Of a stretch of 33,923 nucleotides of DNA, positions 22,570-33,333 are shown in pieces. The position numbers and the translations under genes were made by a program. The first letter of the stretch is position 1; every line of letters begins with the position of its first letter. The notes under the pieces are model-generated. The model had not been told where the DNA came from. It saw only the letters and a list, made by a program, of their open reading frames with translations, and ran no database searches. This stretch comes from Octopus bimaculoides (Eukaryota), in contig NC_068981.1 of assembly GCF_001194135.2 (NCBI RefSeq), positions 24,699,846 through 24,733,768 of the forward strand, read 5' to 3'.

Positions 22570-23925
22570 TCTACTATAGGCACAAGGCCTAAACTTCTGG
22601 GGAAGGGGCTAGTCGATTCCATCAACGACAGTACTCAACTGATACTTACTTTATCGACTCCGAAAAGGTAAAAGGCAGAGTAGATCTCCACGGCATTTAA
22701 GCACAGAACCTAAAGACGGATATTGACGCTAAACATGTAACCCGGCGTCCTAACGTTTCTGGTAACTCGTCACTCAGCACAACAATTGGGTAAGTCGACC
22801 TCGGCGGACGGAGCTGGAAGTGATGCTCTAATGATTATGAATCTGCTAGCTCGCCAGCAATTACAAGGGAGGAGATTTAGTTGATATTAACTCCAATTCT
22901 TGCCTAGTACTTCATTTTGTCGACCCCGAAAGGTAGAGTTAACTTCGACTGGATTTGAACTCAGAAGAAATACCACAAGCATTTTATCCCGAAGCTCTAA
23001 CGAAACTGCCAATCCATTGTTTCGGATTTTGGCACAAGACCAGCTTTAAAGAGAGGGCCTTGTCGGTTACATCGACCATATTACTTGGGGTTGGTATTTT
23101 ATGTTATCGTGGAGGCGCAATGGCCCAGTGGTTAGGGCAGCGGACTCGCGGTCATAGGATCGCGGTTTCGATTCCCAGACCAGGCGTTGTGAGTGTTTAT
23201 TGAGCGAAAACACGTAAAAGCTCCTCGATGCTCCGGCAGGGGATGGTGGTGAACCCTGCTGTACTCTTTCACCACAACTTTCTCTCACTCTTACTTCCTG
23301 TTTTCTTTTGTGTCTGTAATTCAAAGGGTCAGCCTTGTCACACTGTGTCACGCTGAATACACCTGAGAACTACGTTAAGGGTACACGTGTCTGTGGAGCG
23401 CTCGGCCAGTTGCACGTTAATTTCACGAGCAGGCTGTTCCGTTGATAGGATCAAATGGAACCATCGACGTCGTAAGCGACAGAGTGCCAACAATTTTATA
23501 TTATCATCCCCGAAAGGATTAAAGATGTAGTTGAAATGAAAATAAAAAGACTAAGAACAAATATCGCAAGGTAGTTTTTCCAGAAGCTCTAACGATTTTA
23601 CCAACTCGACCTTGACCGGGTTTGAACTGAGAACACGCAGATCGAGAACAAACACTGCATGTCATTGCTTTCCGATCCTCTAACGATTCTACAAATAATA
23701 CTGATAGCGATTTGGATCGTGGCCACAAATTTACAAAATGCAGGGAGTAGGTAGTTAATTTAATCAATTCCTACAGAATACTCCTACCTAGGTTACCGAG
23801 CCTGAAGGAAGGAAATGGTAAAACTTGATCCTCGTGGGATTTTTAATTCAGAACGTAAAAGGGACGTAAGTAAATCCTGCAAGGCAGATTGTCCGGTGTT
23901 CTATCGATTTTATGCCAGTCACCGT
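22570..23925 (-). mobile_element. Cluster of about six diverged same-strand SINE C copies or fragments (one split by B)
   Basis: Recurring cgac.ccgaaagg, atttgaactcag and ctctaacga.t.t(g/a)cca motifs at ~22570-22775, 22790-22860, 22895-23015, 23025-23610, 23610-23700 and 23715-23925. Confidence 0.7.
23109..23492 (+). mobile_element. SINE family B, full length
   Basis: 13-bp TSD with one mismatch: attttatgttatc 23096-23108 and attttatattatc 23493-23505. Confidence 0.93.
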
Positions 23926-24892
23926 TTCTACGATAATAAGATAATAATTTTGATAGCGCCAAGGAAGGATGGGTCTAAATAAGTATTTTAGTGTTTCACA
24001 GATTAGATTGGGAATTAGGAGAAATACAAGATGAATTGAGATAGGAGAGTATATGAAACAGCCAAATTGTGTTAAATACTAAATATCAAAGTGTTGCGAA
24101 TATAGTAAGTTAATTGGCACTAATTGGCAATAGATAGGTTAGGCCAGCTCAGTTTAGTAGATTATGACGAAATATGGCAAACGTTTTCGTCACGTACTTA
24201 CAGAGCAGTAGAGATTACTCGTTACTAATACGGACGTAATTTTGTGTTTGCGCGTGTGTAATATATTGCTTCACAATCATGAGCTTCTTGGTTCGGTCCT
24301 ACAGCGTCTACTCTTCGAACTATTTTCTTCCACTCTTCAGTTGAGTCGATCCAACTCTTGGATGGATGGTGACTGTAAAAAGGCTGTCGGATGGACTGTG
24401 TATCATCCAGCTTCGTGGCGATGTCCAGCTGATTTTGCCCGAGTATTCCGATAGGATACTAGTGTGTATAACACATTTAAATAGTTGCATTAGTCGAACT
24501 GGGAACACTCGTCTTTGAACACGACTCGCGAGAGACATTACATTACCATTACGCGTTGCAGTGATTGATTAAATGTTGAAACACCGTGAATAATGAATGT
24601 TCCCTTTCCTTTCCGTAATCTTTTACTTCCTCCCCCTCCCCAAATTATTTGATCTTTGATTTTAGTCACATATTTCTGCGGAATAATCTTCAAAAATCAG
24701 GCTGTTCAGCAAATGAAGAGAAAAGTCTGTGATAACATTTAATTATTCGTTTCGTTTACATGAGATACCCAAGTCTATTTTTGTATTTTCCCTGATGGTT
24801 TTAATTTTTTTTTTATCAATCCCAATGAAATATGTACCCAGAGATCAAAAATCGCTAGTTGTCTTCAGAATTACGTTTTAAAATTTTATGAC

Positions 24893-25199
24893 GCAGGCGT
24901 GGCTGTGTGGTAAGAAGCTGACACCCCAACTGCCTGGGCTTTGGGTTCAATCTTATTGTGTGGCGCACTGGACGAGTGTTTTCTACTAATAAGCCCAAGG
25001 TCGACCAAAGGTTTGCGTATGGATTTGATAGATGGAGACTATTGTGCGTGGATTTGGTTGATGGAAACTAAAAGCAGCCCGTCGTAAATGTGTGGTCTGT
25101 GTCTTCAGGTTTGTGTCTGTCCCGCTACCACTGTTTGACAACCGGTGTTGATTTGTTTACGCGTCCATAACTATCTGTTTGGCAAATGAGATCGATAGA
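24893..25199 (+). mobile_element. SINE family A, diverged, 3'-truncated
   Basis: gcaggcgtggctgtgtggtaagaagct...ggttcaatc...gtggatttggttgatggaaactaaaagcagcccgtcgta; the ggattt..atgga.act segment is locally duplicated. Confidence 0.8.
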
Positions 25200-25274
25200 G
25201 CTTGCGGAGAAATGGCTAAAATTTACCCCGTTTATAATTATTCCATATGTTATATATAATCTACATATATACAA

Positions 25275-25315
<41 letters not shown>

Positions 25316-26222
25316 NNNNNNNNNNNNNNNNNNNNNNNNNNNNNNNNNNNNNNNNNNNNNNNNNNNNNNNNNNNNNNNNNNNNNNNNNNNNNNNNNNNNN
25401 NNNNNNNNNNNNNNNNNNNNNNNNNNNNNNNNNNNNNNNNNNNNNNNNNNNNNNNNNNNNNNNNNNNNNNNNNNNNNNNNNNNNNNNNNNNNNNNNNNNN
25501 NNNNNNNNNNNNNNNNNNNNNNNNNNNNNNNNNNNNNNNNNNNNNNNNNNNNNNNNNNNNNNNNNNNNNNNNNNNNNNNNNNNNNNNNNNNNNNNNNNNN
25601 NNNNNNNNNNNNNNNNNNNNNNNNNNNNNNNNNNNNNNNNNNNNNNNNNNNNNNNNNNNNNNNNNNNNNNNNNNNNNNNNNNNNNNNNNNNNNNNNNNNN
25701 NNNNNNNNNNNNNNNNNNNNNNNNNNNNNNNNNNNNNNNNNNNNNNNNNNNNNNNNNNNNNNNNNNNNNNNNNNNNNNNNNNNNNNNNNNNNNNNNNNNN
25801 NNNNNNNNNNNNNNNNNNNNNNNNNNNNNNNNNNNNNNNNNNNNNNNNNNNNNNNNNNNNNNNNNNNNNNNNNNNNNNNNNNNNNNNNNNNNNNNNNNNN
25901 NNNNNNNNNNNNNNNNNNNNNNNNNNNNNNNNNNNNNNNNNNNNNNNNNNNNNNNNNNNNNNNNNNNNNNNNNNNNNNNNNNNNNNNNNNNNNNNNNNNN
26001 NNNNNNNNNNNNNNNNNNNNNNNNNNNNNNNNNNNNNNNNNNNNNNNNNNNNNNNNNNNNNNNNNNNNNNNNNNNNNNNNNNNNNNNNNNNNNNNNNNNN
26101 NNNNNNNNNNNNNNNNNNNNNNNNNNNNNNNNNNNNNNNNNNNNNNNNNNNNNNNNNNNNNNNNNNNNNNNNNNNNNNNNNNNNNNNNNNNNNNNNNNNN
26201 NNNNNNNNNNNNNNNNNNNNNN

Positions 26223-26499
26223 GTGTACCCTTTAACGTAGTTCTCGGGGATATTCAGCGTGACACAGTGTGACAAGGTTAACCCTTTGAATTACAGGCAC
26301 AACAGAAACAGGAAGTAAGAGTGAGAGAAAGTTGTGGTGGAAGAGTACAGCAGGGTTCGCCACTATCCCCCGCCGGAGCCTCTTGGAGCTTTAGGTGTTT
26401 TCGCTCAATAAACACTCACAACGCCTGGTCTGGGAATCGAAACCGCGATCCTATGACCGTGAGTCCGCTGCCCTAACCACTAGACCATTGCGCCTCCAC
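26223..26499 (-). mobile_element. SINE family B (3' end in gap)
   Basis: Near-identical to the other B copies. Confidence 0.92.
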
Positions 26500-26535
26500 T
26501 TTGAGCGCACTGCACAATTTACAACTCTCAAGATA

Positions 26536-26604
26536 AGCTATATCGTAACAGGGATAGCCGTGACTAGAGAGCTATAATCGCAACGGGGATAGCTGTGACT
26601 AAAG
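26536..26604. repeat. Two-copy ~34-bp tandem repeat
   Basis: agctatatcgtaacagggatagccgtgactagag / agctataatcgcaacggggatagctgtgactaaag. Confidence 0.8.
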
Positions 26605-27600
26605 CGCTTTTAACCATAAGGGCTACATCAGAGTTGGAATGCTTTTGATCATCTGCTGTATCAGGACAGATCTGGGGATAAGCAAACAAACAACTTTTGA
26701 CTACCGTGTATCCTGGTGATCATTAACGTCACCGAAGTTGTATGGAACCCAGCTATGTCAGTCAATATTTGTCAGTTGTCAGACCTGCATGAGCACTCTA
26801 GCTCTGTGAGATATATTACGTATATATTATTCTAGTAACACTTTAATTATATCTATCTATCTATTCTTTAATAAACAGAATGATTTTACCGAAAATTTAT
26901 TTCTTCAGTAGTCCGATAATAAAGCTATCGTGTGTTTATTTGGAACTGCCAAGATGGCAAAGTGGTAGGAACATATGTTGATTCTAAGAGCAGGTGAAAG
27001 GAACTAGATAAACAAATGCAAATTGCTTATATGTGTACGTGTGTAAATTGGCGATACACACACACACAGAGTCAGAACAGCAGAGGGTGAAAGAAGTAAG
27101 CGACAGCTTCAATACAGGCTCTACCTTCTTCTTATCTCGCGAAAGTAAATAATGATATTAATATTAGTAAAAAAGGTAAAAGGTGGAATAACAGAACTGC
27201 TAATTAGGGTTGGCCTATGGCAACAAATATTTCTACGAAAAGAGAAACTACAACAAGTCTGGCAAATAGATTGGAAAGATATGAAAAGTAAAAAAGAATA
27301 AAAATCAGTGAGTTTGTCAGGAAATTCTTAAAACTTACACACACACACGCACACACACGAAAGTAACTGCTGGTTTAGCAGTGGAGACACCAACTCGAGG
27401 AACGCATGTTCATATGTACATGTTATATATATATATATATATATNNNNNNNNNNNNNNNNNNNNNNNNNNNNNNNNNNNNNNNNNNNNNNNNNNNNNNNN
27501 NNNNNNNNNNNNNNNNNNNNNNNNNNNNNNNNNNNNNNNNNNNNNNNNNNNNNNNNNNNNNNNNNNNNNNNNNNNNNNNNNNNNNNNNNNNNNNNNNNNN

Positions 27601-27927
27601 TCCGGGTTCAGTCTCACTGCGTGGCATCTTGGGCAAGTGTCTTCTAATATAGCCTCGGGCCGACCAAAGCCTTGTGAGTGGATTTGGTAGACGGAAACTG
27701 AAAGAAGCCCGTCGTATATATGTATATATATATGTGTGTGTGTGTGTTTGTCCCCCCCCCCAGCATTGCTTGATAACCGATGCTGGTATGTTTACGTTCC
27801 CGCCACTTAGCGATAGAATAAGTACTAGGCTTACAAAGAATAAGTCCCGGGGTCGATTTGTTCGACTAAAGGCGGTGCTCCAGCATGGCCGCAGTCAAAT
27901 GACTGAAACAAGTAAAAGAGTAAAGAG
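27601..27927 (+). mobile_element. SINE family A (5' end in gap)
   Basis: From the B box through the internal (TA)/(TG) tract to the tail gactgaaacaagtaaaagag. Confidence 0.92.
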
Positions 27928-28126
27928 TATATATGACACACACACGCTCATAGTGAGAATGAGTGCTCAACACCGCATTGATGGATAAATATTCTTTATT
28001 TGTGTCTTAATAAGGCTACCAGTGGATTCATGTAAAAAGATCTTCACAATTGTTCATGAAAATGCTGGTACTCGTCTCCATTTTGGATTTTTGGATGTGT
28101 GTGTAGGGAGTGCGTATATGTATGTC

Positions 28127-28157
<31 letters not shown>

Positions 28158-28664
28158 TCATTCGAAATGCTTACACTTTTTTGTTGCATAGTATTGTGGG
28201 TTGAAAATTTATGCAAATTTTCGATGTTTTTACTGGAACAAAACGTTTATTCGCAAACTGCGTGCCGCTGCCTCCTGGATGTTTTGGCAGAGACGATCGG
28301 GTATTGTGCCAAATGAGATGTTGTATTCTTCCCACAATCAATTAGTGCAAGTATAAAGTGAATCGGATTATCGGTGGTTCGTACTTTGTGAGAACCTAGC
28401 GCCGCTGTGATGACTTCGTTGCCAAGACACTTTATATATCTCATTGAAATTCTGACAGAGAGAAAGAAACATTTTCTTTCTTTCTTCCATTACAACTGAC
28501 AAGTTCGACGTAGTAACTAACAGATGAAGTGTCAATTCTGAAATGTCGTATTTTTCATCTCCCAATGCACACAAGCTTATCCAAACTCAGTCGGCACTAC
28601 TGGAAGTTAATGTAAATTAATCACTGTATATATAACGAGTCGACAATGCGGCTCCTTATGTAGT

Positions 28665-29247
28665 CGCTCTCTATACTAGAAGTAACAACCAGATCTTTAA
28701 ACCACGCCCTTGTTGGCACTCCGTCGCTTACGACATCGAGGGTTCCAGTTGATCCGATCAACGGAACAGCCTGCTCGTGAAATTAACGTGCAAGTGGCTG
28801 AGCACTCCACAGACACGTGTACCCTTAACGTAGTTCTCGGGGATATTCAGCGTGACACAGTGTGACAAGGCTGGCCCTTTGAATTACAGGCACAACAGAA
28901 ACAGAAAGTTGTGGTGAAAGAGTACAGCAGGGTTCGCCACCATCCCCTACCGGAGCCTCGTGGAGCTTTAGGTGTTTTCGCTAAATAAACACTCACAACG
29001 CCCGGTCTGGGAATCGAAACCGCGATCCTATGACCGCGTGTCCGCTGCCCTAGTCACTAGGCCATTGCGCCTCCACCAAACCACGCCCTACTCAGTTTTA
29101 AAAAGCATCAACAATAACAAAAACGATATAAATAGTTCGCGATATAATCCCTCTTATGCGAAAAGACAGCATAGCCATGGCTGGAACGTCTTTTTTTCTG
29201 AGGTCTGTTTAACTAGGACTGATCAGTGGCAGAGAAGCAGCAACAAT
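28665..29247 (+). mobile_element. Family D repeat split by SINE B (28711-29077)
   Basis: tactagaagtaacaaccagatctttaaaccacgccct|actc...catagccatggctggaacgtct...ggactgatc...caacaa. Confidence 0.65.
28711..29077 (-). mobile_element. SINE family B, full length with a 16-nt internal deletion
   Basis: 12-bp TSD aaaccacgccct at 28699-28710 and 29078-29089. Confidence 0.93.
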
Positions 29248-29255
29248 TTCCCCTT

Positions 29256-29316
29256 TAGGGTGTCCTTTTTACTGTTAGGGTGCCCTTTTTACTGTAGGTG
29301 CCCTTTTTACTGTAGG
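29256..29316. repeat. Three-copy 18-20 bp minisatellite
   Basis: tagggtgtcctttttactgt / tagggtgccctttttactg / taggtgccctttttactg / tagg. Confidence 0.85.
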
Positions 29317-29324
29317 TTTTATCG

Positions 29325-29460
29325 CAGGCGGTGAATTGGCAGGGTTGTTGAGTGATGTAAAGAATGCTTCGCAGTATTTGTTTTGATTCTCTGCGTTCTG
29401 AGTTCAAATCCTGCCGAGGTCAACTTTGCCTTCCATCGTTTCGGTGTCGCTAAAGAAGTA
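29325..29460 (+). mobile_element. SINE family C, 5' part
   Basis: ggcggtgaattggcag...gcgttctgagttcaaatcctgccgaggtcaactttgccttccatc.tttcggtgtcg. Confidence 0.8.
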
Positions 29461-29694
29461 ACACTCCAGACAGGCTGGCTGCCTTGTGGTATTTGTTCTA
29501 GCTCTTTGCAGCCCTGTATTCAAACCCCTCCATAGCCTAGTTGGTTGGTAGACTTAATCCGTTGTCCGGTTTCACACCACCGCTGACCTGGGACCTTGGG
29601 TGCCTTAAGCGGACTCCTCTCGGAGGTTTCATAACGGTTCAAGGCCACTACTTTCCCTCCTGACTGAAAGATAAATAATAGATAAATAAAATCA

Positions 29695-29861
29695 TAGGCG
29701 TAGGAGTGGCTGTGTGGTAAGTAGCTTGCTTACCAACCACATGGTTCCGGGTTCAGTCCCACTGCGTGGCACCTTGGGCAAGTGTCTTCCACTATAGCCT
29801 CGGGCCGACCAAAGCCTTGTGAGTGGATTTGGTAGACGGAAACTGAAAGAAGCCCGTCGTA

Positions 29862-29924
<63 letters not shown>

Positions 29925-30130
29925 TTGTGTGTCAGTGTTTGTTCCCCTACCATCGCTTGACAGCCGATGTTGGTGTGTTTACGTCCCCGTAACCTAGCGG
30001 TTCGGCAAAAAGAGACCGATAGAATAAGTACTAGGCTTACAAAGAATAAGTCCTGGGGGCGATTTGCTCGACTAATGGCAGTGCTCCAGCATGGCCGCAG
30101 TCAAATGACTGAAACAAGTAAAAGAGTAAA
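29695..30130 (+). mobile_element. SINE family A, complete reference copy
   Basis: A box tggctgtgtgg 29707-29717; B box ggttcagtcc 29750-29759; ccttgggcaagt (CORE-like); internal (TA)n(TG)n at ~29860-29930; tail resembling RTE/BovB-type 3' ends. Confidence 0.93.
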
Positions 30131-31447
30131 TAAATGAAGGCTGGGTTAGGGCTTCATAACAGTATCCCTATTCTTAAATACAGGACGGTCGTTGATCATA
30201 AGTCTCTATAATTAGGTCTGATCTGGGGTCTCGATTAGCATCATCGCTGTTGTTTATTCCCATGTCTTCCCTCATCGAATATGACCTTTATTAGGAAGGG
30301 TTGACCTTAAGAATTGACATGTACAAATTTTTTCAGTTATTTTGAAAATAAACAAATGCGCTTAACACTTTTATTAGTCAGTGCGCACTCTCGTTTTTTT
30401 TTTTAATTTTTATTTTTATGCTTATGCAGATTATTCTATGGAGGACATCGCTCATAATGTGGTTTAGGAAAACGTAATTTCTGTAGAGAAATCAAAACAA
30501 TTACCTTTACATTCATTCTTCTAAGCGAGACCACTTCGTTTTATACAACGGACACTTGATTTAACTTTTTTTAATTTATTTGCTTCATTTTTTGTTATCC
30601 TCAAGAAATTTGAAGGCGTGCTTTAAAGAAAAAATTCAAGTTTATGTAGGGAAATGTATTCAATAATGAAAGTTTTAATGAACGGAAGTCTTACAGAAAG
30701 GAAATATTAAATAAAAACTTTCATATACATATTCATAAACAATGTAAAATTATTTTGAATGTTTTTAAACGTAATTTTAAATCTTACGATTAAGAACTGC
30801 AATTCTTAACGCGAGGAAACTCCACGATTCTAGGGAGAATCCTGGAGTTTCCACGTCTCTGTTCGCACTGTTTTACAAAAGATATACTTACTTTATTTTG
30901 ATTTTTAAAGATGCTGTTGGTAACTTAATATGAAGCTGTTGATATTATTGAAATAAATTGTGTTGTATGCAAGAAAGACTACGCTTTATTTTCCCGTATA
31001 TAGGGGTAAAACTGTGACTGTAAGGAAACAACAGCGAACTAGATGCGTCTATCTGAGATACTCGTAACTGTTAAAATAACAAAAATACGTATATTATAAC
31101 ACATATGCTATCTTCGACAATGTTGCTGTTATCGTTCTGTTGACGTGACTAGAATGTCATATTAACTAATTACTGTTAGAACAGTTTAAGACGAAAGAAA
31201 GAGTGAGCGAGAGAGGGAGGAGGAGGAGCTATGTGACAACTCAAACTGCATCGTCACCTTTTTCTAGTCGGTATTAAATTACAAATCGCTTGGTCAGTGG
31301 TAAATACGTGTTTCGTGTCCAACCCTTGGCTTTCTTTTTTTTAATTTTCTGCTTTAAACTGATGTTTATTGTGGTTGATATCTTTCTACAATAAAATCAC
31401 TGTTAACTTATGATTTGATTCTCCCTCCCACCCACTCAAAATAAAAC

Positions 31448-31804
31448 AATTTCGGCAAGACTTCCTTTGTACTCACCACCCAAATCCCACTTTTTATTTT
31501 ATTATTATTTTTTTTTTCTACATAGACCCCCGTTTTCGGCTACGGAGAATACGAATCTGCATAAAAATTGGCAAAAATCGGCATTTTGAAATATAACTCC
31601 CTCCCCTAATTTCTTCATTTTAAAACTTTTTTTCAGAATTTTTTTTTTTTTTTTTTTTTTNNNNNNNNNNCGGGGGGGGGGCAAATTTCAAAATGCCGGT
31701 ATTTGGTAATTTTCCGGAATCTCCATATCCAAAAACGAAGTTTTTTGGGGGGGGAAAAATTGGGAGGAAATGGGGGTGGGGGAAAAGAAGTCTTTCCACA
31801 ATTT
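31448..31804. mobile_element. Degenerate inverted-repeat (MITE-like) element spanning a 10-N gap
   Basis: cgttttcggctacggaga...cggcattttgaaat (31531-31592) is inverted at 31685-31737; the outer aagacttc motif (~31457) is inverted at ~31786. Confidence 0.6.
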
Positions 31805-32067
31805 CCTCAATGTAATATGTCATTCTCGAGCATTCATGGGGGCCCAATGTTTCTAATAGTGGTATGAGTGGGCAACAGTAAAGTTAATGCAGTGGTTTCT
31901 GTGTGATCACTTAAACATGTTAGAAATAGCAGCCAATTCTCCACAAAAATCTTACCTTACCATCCATCATAAATAAGAAATTTATATATTGACGTGCTAG
32001 TTTGGAAACAAAAACAAAAAGAACGTCGACATATTTATAGTTTGGGCCGAGTTGAGGTTTACAGTCT

Positions 32068-32480
32068 TATTGTTGAGCTTCAGGTCAGCACTAACTGAAT
32101 ATGTTGTTGGCACTCCGTCGCTAACGACGTCGAGGGTTCTAGTTGATCCGATCAGCGGAACAGCCTGAGAACTCCACAGACACGTGTACCTTAACGGAGT
32201 TCTCGGGGATATTCAGCGTGACAAGGCTGACCCTTTGAATTACAAGCACAACAGGAAGTTGTGGTGAAAGAGTACAGCAGGGTTTGCCACCATCCTCTGC
32301 CGGAGCCTCGTGCAGCTTTTAGGTGTTTTCGCTCAATAAACACTCACAACGCCCGGTCTGGGAATCGAAACCGTGACCCTATGGCCGCGAGTCCGCTGCC
32401 CTAACCACTGGGCCATTGCGCCTCTACACTAACTGAATAAACCTATGAACAAATAAGCTCCAACCGCGATCATCCTGTCT
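32068..32480 (-). mobile_element. Family D tail split by SINE B (32102-32426)
   Basis: tgttgagcttcaggtcagcactaactgaata|aacctatgaacaaa...ccaaccgcgatcatcctgtct rejoins as a D tail. Confidence 0.65.
32102..32426 (-). mobile_element. SINE family B with four internal deletions
   Basis: 13-bp TSD cactaactgaata at 32089-32101 and 32427-32439. Confidence 0.92.
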
Positions 32481-33333
32481 TTTTTTTTTTTTTCCTTTTT
32501 CAGACCAGATTTAGTGTATGAATGAGATTGTTCCTTTTTTTTTGACATTGTTAAAAAATGGCTAGCTGCTTAATTCAAATTCTATTATTCGCTCACATTT
32601 CCATTTGTGGTATCTCTTTACACCAGGGGTCTCATGACGTTCAGAAACGTAGGGGGAATACATATACATTTAGTTAAGCGGTTTCTTTCAGTAAACTTAT
32701 CTTACCTTCTTTTCCCCTTTCGCCTATTACAAATCCTTCCTTTCCGTATTTTATTTATTTATTCATTTATTTTGGTCCTTTTTTTATATATCCTTACCCA
32801 CTCCCCTCGCCTATACTAGCTTTTGTGTCAACTCCAATCTATATTTATTTAATTTCTTGCTGTCTCGCAAACCAACAAAGCTGCTGCCAGATAGGCCTCG
32901 AGAATTAAGGGCTACTCAATCAATCCGTTGTCCCCTACCAAGACGTGACATGTGAATGAAAGGGTCAGCGTATTGGGTTACGTTCTGTTGTGGAGTAATT
33001 TTCATTTATATTCACCATTCCCTTAATTTTATTCTCGTGACCTACATTTCGTTGTGTTTCCTATATCCCTACTCTATCTAGCCGTTGTTTGTCTCTCCCG
33101 CTTTAAGGTCGATCGAGGATGGCCCCTGTATTAGGGTCATAGCTTAGGTTAGGCGAGCCATGCATCAATTTACTTCCTCGACGCCGTCGTGGGTGGGATG
33201 TATAAGCACTGTTAACGTTATGTTTACAAACGCAGCATGTGAATTTAGAACACTGAACTTTTGGCTTGCCAGTAGGGTGGGGGGTTAAACTGTAAGTCGG
33301 AAAGGATGTTACAGAGAGTTTGTGTTCCTAGAC

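Noticed and set aside
22570-23925. CRISPR-like or regular repeat-spacer array
   Set aside because: The recurring motifs are parts of diverged SINE copies with irregular spacing, in eukaryotic context with no cas genes.
2489-27690. Long ORFs consisting mostly of X
   Set aside because: They run through N gaps and carry no coding information.
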